DNA of 64,000 bases from Promethearchaeota archaeon (lineage in GTDB: Archaea; Asgardarchaeota; Lokiarchaeia; Sigyniarchaeales; SOKP01): assembly GCA_030599585.1 (NCBI GenBank), contig JAUVNS010000003.1, positions 96,001 to 160,000 on the forward strand, given 5' to 3'. Both the position numbers and the translations under genes were made by a program. The notes beneath the pieces are model-generated. The model saw only the letters and a program-made list of their open reading frames with translations. It was not told where the DNA came from and did no database searches. This document shows positions 1 through 8,602 of this stretch, piece by piece. Within the stretch, counting starts at the first letter, position 1. Each line of letters starts with the position of its first letter.

Positions 1-713
1 GTTAAAAAATTAAAAATTGAATATTCAGGTCCCCAAACGATTCGAATTATGTCTGATACAATAGCAAACGCTAAAGCACCAATTAATGCAAACATAGTAA
101 CTTCAACAACTGCTTGAAAATCTCCAAATCCAAAAGGATAATTAGATATATCACCCCATATAAAATTATATGATGGCTCCAACTGCTGAATCATGGTTAT
201 GATGCCGTCATTTACCAAGGATGTCAGTGGGGGTAATGCTAGAAATCCAAAGAACGCAATAAGTAATAAAAAACCTGAAAGATGGAAACTTTTTCGAATT
301 AACTCCATCTTAAAAGGGATATCGTCTTTATAGGGATTTTCTTGAGTCATCTTTCTTATATATCTTCTTAAGATCGAATCTTTTTTAACTTTAACTTCAC
401 CACTATCTATTTCTCCCCTCATCCGCTTGATAGATTTCCTAATAATAGTTGTAAAGATAAGGTTCGCCACAAGAATCATAGCTATCCACCATATCATAAA
501 TCCATTAAAAGGATAGGAAAAAAATCCAACTACAGAGTTGTAATATCCAAAAATTAAATAACACACACCACATAAAATTGAGGAAATTCCACCATAAGAG
601 TTTTTGGCTCTATATCCTTTCACCCCAATATAATACATCAAACACATTAGAACAAAGAAAAATAGCGTAAAGGTTGTGTTGTATAAACTTTCTACAAAAA
701 CCCAATGATCCAT
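1..713 (-). CDS. SEC59/DGK1/VTE5-family CTP-dependent lipid (polyprenol/diacylglycerol/archaeol) kinase-like membrane protein, runs off the window
   Basis: Manual translation from ATG at 713 (MDHWVFVESLY...): multiple hydrophobic helices and the in-frame signature KMELIRKSFHLSG. Absent from the ORF track because it has no stop inside the window. Confidence 0.7.
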   Translation of the reverse strand, partial: MDHWVFVESLYNTTFTLFFFVLMCLMYYIGVKGYRAKNSYGGISSILCGVCYLIFGYYNSVVGFFSYPFNGFMIWWIAMILVANLIFTTIIRKSIKRMRGEIDSGEVKVKKDSILRRYIRKMTQENPYKDDIPFKMELIRKSFHLSGFLLLIAFFGFLALPPLTSLVNDGIITMIQQLEPSYNFIWGDISNYPFGFGDFQAVVEVTMFALIGALAFAIVSDIIRIVWGPEYSIFNFL

Positions 714-794
714 GATAGCAACGCAATTGGTTATTTTAATTATTTTTATAATTAATCATCAATTAATTATTCTTTTATTTATACATATAGCATT

Positions 795-849
795 AAAATT
801 GAGGTAAATTTGAGGTAAATTTGAGGTAAATTTGAGTTAAACTTGAGTT
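795..849. repeat. Five tandem copies of an 11-bp unit (consensus AAATTTGAGGT)
   Basis: aaaattgaggt-aaatttgaggt-aaatttgaggt-aaatttgagtt-aaacttgagtt read directly, in a divergent intergenic region. Confidence 0.9.
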
Positions 850-1070
850 GAACCCAAGAAATGCCACACATTACCTTTATCTACATATTATAAACTTTAA
901 TAAACCAATAATATACAAGATTTTTATATAGATAACGATTATTAACGAATAAAAAAAAAAATAAATAAATACTATTAATCTATTTAAATTATAAGCTAAA
1001 AATAATCTCAATAGTATTCTATTATATTATCTTTAGCTAATAAAAATCATTATATACAGAGAAGGAGAAA

Positions 1071-1445
1071 TTGTCTCAGATGGAATCAGTCGATACCTTA
1101 GATGATCTTTTGAAAAAATTACTAGGAGCAATTCCAGAAGTAAAATCTGCCGCTATTGTGTCTGCTGAAGGCCTTCCTATTGCCTCTGCGCTCCCACAAG
1201 GAGTTGATGAAACGAGAATCGCCGCGATGACTGCAGCCTTACTTTCATTATCTGAACGAGCAATTATCGAAATGGGCAAAGGAGACTTTGATCAGTTATA
1301 CATAAAGGGAAGCGAAGGTTATCTCCTAGTCATGCAAGCAGGTCCTAACGCTGTTTTAACCGTTTCTACAACTAAAGATGTTCGGCTTGGGTTAATCCTG
1401 TTAGATTGCAGGAGGACATGCGAAAAAATAGCTCAATTGATTTAA
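1071..1445 (+). CDS. Roadblock/LC7 (MglB-like) domain protein
   Basis: AAIVSAEGLPIAS...RIAAMTAALLSLSER...QLYIKGSEGY...LGLILLD roadblock pattern; TTG start preceded by GGAG. Confidence 0.92.
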   Translation: MSQMESVDTLDDLLKKLLGAIPEVKSAAIVSAEGLPIASALPQGVDETRIAAMTAALLSLSERAIIEMGKGDFDQLYIKGSEGYLLVMQAGPNAVLTVSTTKDVRLGLILLDCRRTCEKIAQLI

Positions 1446-1574
1446 ATTATCTTCTATCTCTATGTAAACCTAATACCTTCAAAATTTAATATTTTAATTA
1501 GTTAAAACCACAAATTTTTAATTTTATGCTATATTTGGATTACTAATATTTACTCATTTTACTGGTGTATTAAA

Positions 1575-2180
1575 ATTTTCAAAATTTTTTCAATCTCAAC
1601 AAAAGTAGAAATACCTCCGTTTCTCTTCGATCAACCTAAGGCTACCAGCGCAAGAATTATTCTTAGTGAGGAATACGAGGGTATAATCACAAGAGATTAT
1701 GGATTTATTATTGCAATCGTTGACGTACTTGAAGTGGGCCAAGGAATCATCATTCCTGGAAACGCTAACACGTTCCACCAAGTTGAATTCTCCATTCTCG
1801 CATTTAGACCAAAGCTTGGTGAAGTGGTAGAGGGGGAAGTTGTAGAATTAGTTGATTTTGGAGCGTTTTGTCGCCTCGGACCATTAGATGGATTAGTTCA
1901 TGTTTCACAAATTTGCGACGATTATATATCGTATGAACAAGTAGGAAATCGATTTATAGGCAAAGAGACTGGAAAAATACTCGAAGTCAATAACGAAGTA
2001 AGAACTAAAGTGATCGCAGTTTCCCTAGGCACTGGACGTAGCGGTAAACTTGGTTTAACGATGAGGCAGAAATTTTTAGGAAAACTCGACTGGATCGAAG
2101 CTGATGTTGAAGAAGAATATGCCAGCATCGAGGCTAAAAAGTTAAAAGCCTCAGAAGAAGAGGAAGTCAGTGAGAAATAA
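1575..2180 (+). CDS. rpoE1: DNA-directed RNA polymerase subunit Rpo7 (E')
   Basis: S1 domain GEVVEGEV...FGAF...GPLDGLVHVSQI. Homology extends upstream of the tracked GTG (1734) as IFKIFSISTKVEIPP...EEYEG. Start placed at ATT 1575 by inference. Confidence 0.93.
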   Translation: MFKIFSISTKVEIPPFLFDQPKATSARIILSEEYEGIITRDYGFIIAIVDVLEVGQGIIIPGNANTFHQVEFSILAFRPKLGEVVEGEVVELVDFGAFCRLGPLDGLVHVSQICDDYISYEQVGNRFIGKETGKILEVNNEVRTKVIAVSLGTGRSGKLGLTMRQKFLGKLDWIEADVEEEYASIEAKKLKASEEEEVSEK

Positions 2181-2374
2181 TGAAAAAACTGGAAAAGGCT
2201 TGTAAAAATTGCCATCTGATAACTAAAAATCTGACAACTTGCCCAAAATGTAAAACACATAGCCTTAGTGAAGATTATACGGGTGAAGTTATAATAATTG
2301 ACCCAACTAACTCAGAAATGGCGAGTTATCTTAAAATCCATTTTCCTGGAAAATATGCTTTAAGAGTTCGCTAA
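2180..2374 (+). CDS. spt4: Transcription elongation factor Spt4 (RpoE'')
   Basis: KACKNC...CPKC...GEVIIIDP...PGKYALRVR; TAATG overlap with rpoE1. Confidence 0.95.
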   Translation: MKKLEKACKNCHLITKNLTTCPKCKTHSLSEDYTGEVIIIDPTNSEMASYLKIHFPGKYALRVR

Positions 2375-2409
2375 GCTTGATTTTTTATGAATTATTTTTT
2401 ACTTATTAA

Positions 2410-2991
2410 TTACATCATCATTCCTACGAATCTATCTACTACTTTTTGAATTCTTTTCTCAACATCAACCATTACGATTCCTTCAGGGATTGTTTTCCTT
2501 GAATCTGTGACGGGTGGTTGTCCGTAAAAGACTAAATTCTTCATATTATCGTTGAGATCGATGCTTACAACTAGCGGTAAGACGAGTAAATCTTCTTCTC
2601 CTACGATTACTTTCAATAAAGTCCTTTTATTGGATTTAACTATGGCATCTAAAAGTGTAAAGCTTTCCTTCTTTATCCCTCCCTCAGGGTTTTCAAATTC
2701 AATAATTTCTTCAAAAAAATCTTCGATCTCTATCTTAATATGGTTTCTTTGAGTTTTTTCGTCTACAATGCAGAGCGATATAAAGGGTTTTAAAAAATTA
2801 CTTGCGAGGAAATCTTGTGTTACTATATCACCTACTAAATATACTGATACTTCAAACCCTTTCTTTAGATATTCTTTAATAGCCTTTTCTACTTCAATAA
2901 TCGTTTCTTCTCGAGTTCCCGCATACAATTTGCCTAATGGTTGAGAGAACTTGTGTCTTTCATTCGGTGGAATCTTTAAATTATCATTCAT
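2410..2991 (-). CDS. GTP-dependent dephospho-CoA kinase (DUF359 family)
   Basis: PLGKL, VGDIVT, IVDEKTQR, NPEG, GEEDLL, YGQP...EGIV motifs; ATG at 2991 is a better start than 3063. Confidence 0.88.
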   Translation of the reverse strand: MNDNLKIPPNERHKFSQPLGKLYAGTREETIIEVEKAIKEYLKKGFEVSVYLVGDIVTQDFLASNFLKPFISLCIVDEKTQRNHIKIEIEDFFEEIIEFENPEGGIKKESFTLLDAIVKSNKRTLLKVIVGEEDLLVLPLVVSIDLNDNMKNLVFYGQPPVTDSRKTIPEGIVMVDVEKRIQKVVDRFVGMMM

Positions 2992-3332
2992 TTTTTTTGC
3001 TCCAGTTTTATTCACTTTGTTTTTACATAGAGTTTTACCGTTATAATAAATAACAATACCCAAAATAATAAACTAATTATAAAAATCCAAGCCTAGATTC
3101 CAACTACTATATTTCCTAGGGTTAAAAAAATAATGAACATAAAAATTATTAGAATTATTTCGATGAGCATTAAAATTTATACTCTCGTCGCAGATCTTTT
3201 ATTTTCAGCCATTGTTTCCTAATAAAAAAGCAAAATTTTATTTTTTAATATTCTTTTATTTTTTTATAACTCAGAATTATCTTTAAATTAACTGATTAAC
3301 TGAGAATAACTGTTGTTGTTAGAAGACTCGAA

Positions 3333-3689
3333 ATGTCGTTTAATATTGAAATTTTAGAGGAAAAGAAAAACCCGGTAATCGATCGTAATGAAGTTAAATT
3401 TAGAATCGAACACCTAGATGCCAGCACACCTAATAGGTTAGATGTTAAAAAGAAAATTGCAGCGATGAAAAATGCCAATGAAAAATACACTATCATTCGA
3501 AAAATTCAAACAAAATTCGGTAGCACGGACGATATTGGTTTAGCAAACATTTATCAGGATTCTAAAGAGCTTCAATTCTACGAGCCTTTCCACATTCAAG
3601 TAAGGAATTTACCAAAAGATACCCGAGAAGAGATTTACAAGTTAAAGAAGAGGAAAGAACCATATAATCATCTATTTGAATACGATTAA
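3333..3689 (+). CDS. rps24e: 30S ribosomal protein eS24
   Basis: KKNPVIDRNEV...TPNR...TKFG...IY...EP; conserved position. Confidence 0.93.
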   Translation: MSFNIEILEEKKNPVIDRNEVKFRIEHLDASTPNRLDVKKKIAAMKNANEKYTIIRKIQTKFGSTDDIGLANIYQDSKELQFYEPFHIQVRNLPKDTREEIYKLKKRKEPYNHLFEYD

Positions 3690-3715
3690 AATTACTTATA
3701 AAAAAATGAATTATT

Positions 3716-3937
3716 ATGACAGACGCATCAAAATATTATAAAATTGAAGAGGGTAAATTAGTAAGGACTCATCGTGTGTGCCCCAAGTGTGGACCATCGT
3801 ATTTTCTCGCTGACCATTACGATAGATCATCATGCGGGAATTGTGGATACACTGTTTTTAAAAGGAAAGGAAAAAAAGGAGCAGCTACCGTCGCTCGAAG
3901 TAGAAGGACGCCTCGAAAGCGTACTAAGTCAGTCTGA
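3716..3937 (+). CDS. rps27ae: 30S ribosomal protein eS31 (S27ae) with basic C-terminal tail
   Basis: YYKI...CPKCG...[15 protein letters not shown] zinc ribbon. Confidence 0.95.
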   Translation: MTDASKYYKIEEGKLVRTHRVCPKCGPSYFLADHYDRSSCGNCGYTVFKRKGKKGAATVARSRRTPRKRTKSV

Positions 3938-4024
3938 ATATAAGCAGCAGCAAATCTTCTTTCTATTTCATTGTTTCTTTTATTGCACTTTCTAACATAA
4001 CTATATGCATTTTAGGCGAAATTT

Positions 4025-5038
4025 ATGAATTTAAAGAACAATCTAACGCTTGGAATCGAATCCACGGCACACACTTGGAGTGTTGGAATTGTAGATTCCA
4101 GTGGAAAAGTTCTCAGTTTAGTGAACGATATGTTTATTCCTGAGAAGGGAGGAATTCATCCAATATTAGTAAAAGAGCAACATTTAAACAATTTTATGGG
4201 AATAATCATTAAAGCTTTAGACGACGCTTCGATTTCAATTAAAGATATTGATCTTATTGCTTTCAGTAATAGTCCTGGATTAGGACAAATTCTAAAAATC
4301 GGTGCTCATGTTGCGAGAATGTTTAGTCAACTTTTAGGAATACCGATAGTCGCTGTAAATCATTGTATCGCTCACATAGAAATCGGGCGTTTTTTATGCA
4401 AAATAGAGGACCCCCTCACATTATATGTGTCAGGGGGAAATACGATAGTTAGTGCTTATGAGTCTGGTCGTTATCAAATTTTTGGAGAAACGTTAGACAT
4501 CCCTATTGGTAATCTAATTGATTCGTTTGCTCGTGATGTTGGGATACCCCATCCTGGTGGTCCAAAAGTCGAAGCATTAGCTCGTGAGTCAGATAACTAC
4601 TTACACTTACCGTACGTAGTAAAAGGGATGGACCTATCCTTTTCTGGGCTCTATTCTGCAGCTAAAAGGTTAATTGAATCGAAGGACTATGAAAAAAAAT
4701 ATACCCTAAATGATGTAGCTAATTCGCTTCAAGAAACAGCGTTTGCAATGCTTACTGAAGTGACAGAAAGAGCTTTAGCCCATACTGGAAAAGAAGAAGT
4801 CTTGTTAACAGGTGGAGTGGCTGCTAATAAACGATTGCAAGAAATGGTTAAATACATCAGTAAAGAACATGGTGCAAGATTTGAGGTTGTGCCCTTAAAA
4901 TACGCAGGAGATAATGGAGCTATGATTGCGTGGACCGGTATTTTGAGGTATAAATCTATTGGAGGTAATAATATCTCCGAAACTAGAATAAATCCTAAAG
5001 AACGAATGGATCAAATAACAATCCCGTGGAGAGCTTAG
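4025..5038 (+). CDS. kae1: KEOPS tRNA t6A threonylcarbamoyltransferase Kae1
   Basis: LGIESTAHT, VNHCIAHIE, LYVSGGNT, GETLD, GGVAAN, DNGAMIA. Confidence 0.96.
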   Translation: MNLKNNLTLGIESTAHTWSVGIVDSSGKVLSLVNDMFIPEKGGIHPILVKEQHLNNFMGIIIKALDDASISIKDIDLIAFSNSPGLGQILKIGAHVARMFSQLLGIPIVAVNHCIAHIEIGRFLCKIEDPLTLYVSGGNTIVSAYESGRYQIFGETLDIPIGNLIDSFARDVGIPHPGGPKVEALARESDNYLHLPYVVKGMDLSFSGLYSAAKRLIESKDYEKKYTLNDVANSLQETAFAMLTEVTERALAHTGKEEVLLTGGVAANKRLQEMVKYISKEHGARFEVVPLKYAGDNGAMIAWTGILRYKSIGGNNISETRINPKERMDQITIPWRA

Positions 5039-5051
5039 GTGTTGTATTAAA

Positions 5052-5726
5052 TTGTCGAACGAGGTTATTGTTGAAAAATTAATTCACAAGGGAGCAGAAG
5101 CCAGTCTTTATTATGGTTCGTGGTTTGGAAAGGAAGTGATTTTTAAAAAACGAATTCCTAAAGGATATCGCATAGAACAAATCGATAAGGTTCTCCGCTA
5201 CAATCGAACTCTTAACGAAGCTAAAGCGCTAATCAGAGTCAAAAAGTACGGGGTGTTAGTTCCTCCGGTATACGAAATTGATACTAAAAACTCGACTATC
5301 GTAATGAAATATATAAAAGGCGAAAAATTAAAAGATATTTTATATTCGTTGACTACTCCAAAGAAAGTGCAATATTTAAAAGAAATAGGAAAAAACATAG
5401 CGTATTTGCATAAAAATGGTCACATTCATGGTGATATCACTACGAGTAACATAATCCTCACTCCCTCTCAAGAACTATTTATCATTGATTTCGGCTTACA
5501 CGACTACTCTGATTCAATTGAAGATAAAAGCACTGACTTACATCTATTTAAGAGAGTTTTGATTTCATCCCATGGAAGCGATTTTAATATCTGTTTTGAA
5601 GCTTTTCTTGAAGGATATCACGAAGGATATGGGAAAGAGAAAAATTATGAATGTAAAAGAATTCTAAAGAATATATCTGTAATTGAAACAAGAGGCCGAT
5701 ATGTTAAAAAAGAAGATAGATCATAA
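5052..5726 (+). CDS. bud32: KEOPS kinase Bud32
   Basis: KGAEA, KKRIPKGYR, HGDITTSN, IDFGL, RGRY. Confidence 0.95.
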   Translation: MSNEVIVEKLIHKGAEASLYYGSWFGKEVIFKKRIPKGYRIEQIDKVLRYNRTLNEAKALIRVKKYGVLVPPVYEIDTKNSTIVMKYIKGEKLKDILYSLTTPKKVQYLKEIGKNIAYLHKNGHIHGDITTSNIILTPSQELFIIDFGLHDYSDSIEDKSTDLHLFKRVLISSHGSDFNICFEAFLEGYHEGYGKEKNYECKRILKNISVIETRGRYVKKEDRS

Positions 5727-5978
5727 AAATAAAATTTTTTCAATCGACCTTAAATTGTTAACATTAAATGTTCATTTTAAAGATAAAGGCATCAAAATTA
5801 TTTACATCTGATATAGAGCCCTTTAAAAGCCTCTCAATTCAGAGAGATAATTTTATATACAAGTTTAACTTATATTTTATTATCAAAAAGTTGTATTTAG
5901 TTAAGGGTTAATAATATAAGATAACTTTTCTTACTTGTTATTACACTTTTCTGGACTTCATTTTGAAAACTAATAACT

Positions 5979-6194
5979 TTGGTGAGTTCAATTTTGCCGA
6001 ATCCTAAGAAAGAGAAAAAATCTGCTATGCAAAATATTACTATCAATATTCCTGACATATATGATACAAATATTCAAAAATTAATTAAAATGAAAATCGT
6101 TCCTTCTAGGTCTGAATGTATTCGTATGGCTTTACGTGAATTTTTTTCAAATGAATATGAAAAAATGCAAATTTTAGGATTTTTTGACGATTAA
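5979..6194 (+). CDS. Ribbon-helix-helix (CopG/Arc/MetJ) regulator
   Basis: NITINIP...SRSECIRMALREF pattern; start uncertain. Confidence 0.8.
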   Translation: MVSSILPNPKKEKKSAMQNITINIPDIYDTNIQKLIKMKIVPSRSECIRMALREFFSNEYEKMQILGFFDD

Positions 6195-6216
6195 AAAAGA
6201 AACAGTGTAAAAAAAA

Positions 6217-6468
6217 TTATCTTCTTTTACGAATTTTTCGCGCTTCTCGTTCTACTTCACGTAAGGTCACGATATCGCTAACTTGTATCGGACCCTTTAC
6301 ATTTCTTGTAAGAATTCGATTTCGATCTGGACCTTCAAGAATCCTTACCTTAATTTGGCTGATCTCACCAGTTAATCCCGTTCTACCAACTATTTGAAGG
6401 ACTTCAGCGGGAATTGAATAATCTTGTGTTACTCTTCCTTTTGATCCTTTTGATCCTTTTTTATCCAT
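6217..6468 (-). CDS. rps28e: 30S ribosomal protein eS28
   Basis: [14 protein letters not shown]...[10 protein letters not shown]...LREVEREAR. Confidence 0.96.
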   Translation of the reverse strand: MDKKGSKGSKGRVTQDYSIPAEVLQIVGRTGLTGEISQIKVRILEGPDRNRILTRNVKGPIQVSDIVTLREVEREARKIRKRR

Positions 6469-6491
6469 TTTTGCTAAGATGCTTCACCAAA

Positions 6492-6863
6492 TTATTTTTT
6501 TAATGCTTCTAACTTCTTAATAATATCATCCAAAGCTTTATCGTTTCCAGTTCCTACATTCTCAATTGCGATGGCAGAAGAAGCAATATTAATACGGGCT
6601 GCATTTCCTAATTCTTTCTTCGTGGATACATAACCAAATGGAATTGATTTTTCTTCGCACAACAATGGAACATGAAATAAAATTTCTGGTGGACTAACAT
6701 CCTCTGCCATGATAACGAGTTTCGCAAGACTTCTTTCTATTGATTTCGTTACTTCATTCATCCCTTTCCTTATTTTGGCATCTCGCGTTCCAGAAATCGT
6801 GGATAAAGCGTCTTTAATGCCATTTTTTAACGCATCAGGGACTTTATATTTTATATAGCTCAT
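6492..6863 (-). CDS. rpl7ae: Ribosomal protein L7Ae
   Basis: KIRKGMNEVTKSIER...AEDVSPPEI..H.P.LCEEK.IP...KKELG. Confidence 0.96.
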   Translation of the reverse strand: MSYIKYKVPDALKNGIKDALSTISGTRDAKIRKGMNEVTKSIERSLAKLVIMAEDVSPPEILFHVPLLCEEKSIPFGYVSTKKELGNAARINIASSAIAIENVGTGNDKALDDIIKKLEALKK

Positions 6864-7007
6864 TTTTTTCTCTTTCCAATATACATTCTTAATATATTAT
6901 CATTAATCATCGATTTTGATGTTGTACGTAATAATGGATATAAAATAAAATTTTTGGTTTGGAATAACAGTAAAATTTTTTTAGAATACTTCTTTTAACT
7001 ACCTATA

Positions 7008-7208
7008 ATGATTATCCCAATTCGCTGTTTCTCATGTGGAAAATTGCTTGCCCATGTTTATAAGCCTTATTTAGAACTAATCGAAAAAGGCGAACCCGCA
7101 GATGATGCTTTTAAAAAGTTGGGTCTTGAAAGATTCTGTTGTCGTAGAATGATTATCTCACATGTAGACCTTATAGATGATCTTTTACGGTTCCCAAGAT
7201 TGCAGTAA
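7008..7208 (+). CDS. rpoN: RNA polymerase subunit Rpo10 (N)
   Basis: MIIPIRCFSCGK...RFCCRRM. Confidence 0.97.
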   Translation: MIIPIRCFSCGKLLAHVYKPYLELIEKGEPADDAFKKLGLERFCCRRMIISHVDLIDDLLRFPRLQ

Positions 7209-7259
7209 TCTAAAAAAGAAGAACAAAAGTTAGATTTAATAGCTTCAAAAAAAAATTCT

Positions 7260-7712
7260 CTATCCTTTTGTAGCCAATTTAATACCAAATTCTTTACATT
7301 TTGACAAGTCCTCTTCTACAATTGGACCCTTCATTCCACCAACTTTTATTGATAAGCCAGGAAGAGCTTTGGTCGAATTTGGTAAATTCTCACCGATTTG
7401 CTTTTCCATCTTCTTAACCGCTTTTTCAAAGTCTTTACTCATGTAGGTGTCAAAAGCAGCAAATGAACTGGCTTTTAAGCTAGAACTAGAAAGATTTTTT
7501 ATAAACTTTTTAATACTCTTTACATGGCTTCCCACATGGTTAGGAGAGCCGATTAATATTAAATCGTAAGTTTTATTCTCACTAAGTTCAAAATCTTTTA
7601 CATTCACAACCTCTGTTTCTGTGCCCTCAACTGAGTTAATTCCATCTGCTATTAAATCAGCAACCTGTTGGGTGTTCCCATGTTTTGTATCGAAAACAAT
7701 TAAAACTTTCAT
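7260..7712 (-). CDS. Flavodoxin family protein
   Basis: DTKHGNT FMN-binding loop, IGSP, AAFDT. Confidence 0.9.
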   Translation of the reverse strand: MKVLIVFDTKHGNTQQVADLIADGINSVEGTETEVVNVKDFELSENKTYDLILIGSPNHVGSHVKSIKKFIKNLSSSSLKASSFAAFDTYMSKDFEKAVKKMEKQIGENLPNSTKALPGLSIKVGGMKGPIVEEDLSKCKEFGIKLATKG

Positions 7713-7803
7713 TATATTACTTCCCTCTTACAAAATTGAATTATAATTTTATTTAAAGTTATAAATTAGAGGTATAACAAGTATTTAATTATATTTTTTT
7801 AAA

Positions 7804-7986
7804 TTATTCTTTCCCATAAAGCGCTGTCCATCGTACTTTACGAGGGTTACGTTTCTGAACGAGCGTAGATATTCTACATTTATGAGTGCAAAAGTTATAG
7901 ATTGTCCCATCTTTTTTGATATACATGTGTCCTTTGCCAATTGGAATATCATAACCACAAAAAGAGCATTTTTTTACTTTAACCAT
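7804..7986 (-). CDS. rpl24e: 50S ribosomal protein eL24
   Basis: CSFCG.DI..GKG.MY...DG....FC..KC...RNPRKVRWT. Confidence 0.96.
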   Translation of the reverse strand: MVKVKKCSFCGYDIPIGKGHMYIKKDGTIYNFCTHKCRISTLVQKRNPRKVRWTALYGKE

Positions 7987-8016
7987 GGAATTGTCATCTC
8001 ACTGTGTAATATTTAG

Positions 8017-8427
8017 TTATTTTTCCCCCGCTATTTTAAAAAGTTCAGTTTCCCCGTATTTTGTAACTTTAAGGTTGATCAGTGTCATATCAAAAGTAAT
8101 CTCGTTGCCCCTAACAGTTTTTCTTCTCTTTTCTCCTTTTCTTGTGGGCTTATACCCGATCCCCTTTTTTGAAACGAGAATCCTTTTCTTTACGGGACCG
8201 TGAACATCTTTTCTCATAGGGAACCCTGAAGCATCGGAGCCTCCTGTTATTTCAAACTCGTAATTAGGAAACCCAATTAGACCGCCATTAATCGATTCAC
8301 CAATCTTTTTCGTTTCAAAAAGACGTGATTTCTTTTCATCTATTTCAATTAGCTTAGATAAACCTTTTCCGGGACCCGTGTTTCCACCCGAAATATTAAG
8401 CTTGTATACTCTTTTCTCTGAACTCAT
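8017..8427 (-). CDS. rps6e: 30S ribosomal protein eS6
   Basis: ITGGSDASGFPMR.DV.G...GEKRRKTVRG...INLK. Confidence 0.96.
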   Translation of the reverse strand: MSSEKRVYKLNISGGNTGPGKGLSKLIEIDEKKSRLFETKKIGESINGGLIGFPNYEFEITGGSDASGFPMRKDVHGPVKKRILVSKKGIGYKPTRKGEKRRKTVRGNEITFDMTLINLKVTKYGETELFKIAGEK

Positions 8428-8602
8428 TATTATCGAACTAACAAAAAGGAAATTACTATAAGAAATATCCTAAAATTTAAAAATTTTATTGATTTTGAGT
8501 TAAAGGAACACAAATTATTAATTTCCGGAAAAAAATACAATTTATTTTAAAGATCACCTCCTATTAAAAATATAAACTTAAATTGGGATTTATCCATATC
8601 AT

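Noticed and set aside
795-849. Possible CRISPR array
   Set aside because: Units are 11 bp and contiguous, with no spacers and no cas genes.
6864-6930. Possible kink-turn in the rpl7ae leader (GATGA-TTAA-TGA on the minus strand) for L7Ae autoregulation
   Set aside because: Tandem GA elements are present, but I could not build convincing flanking stems by eye; it needs covariance analysis.
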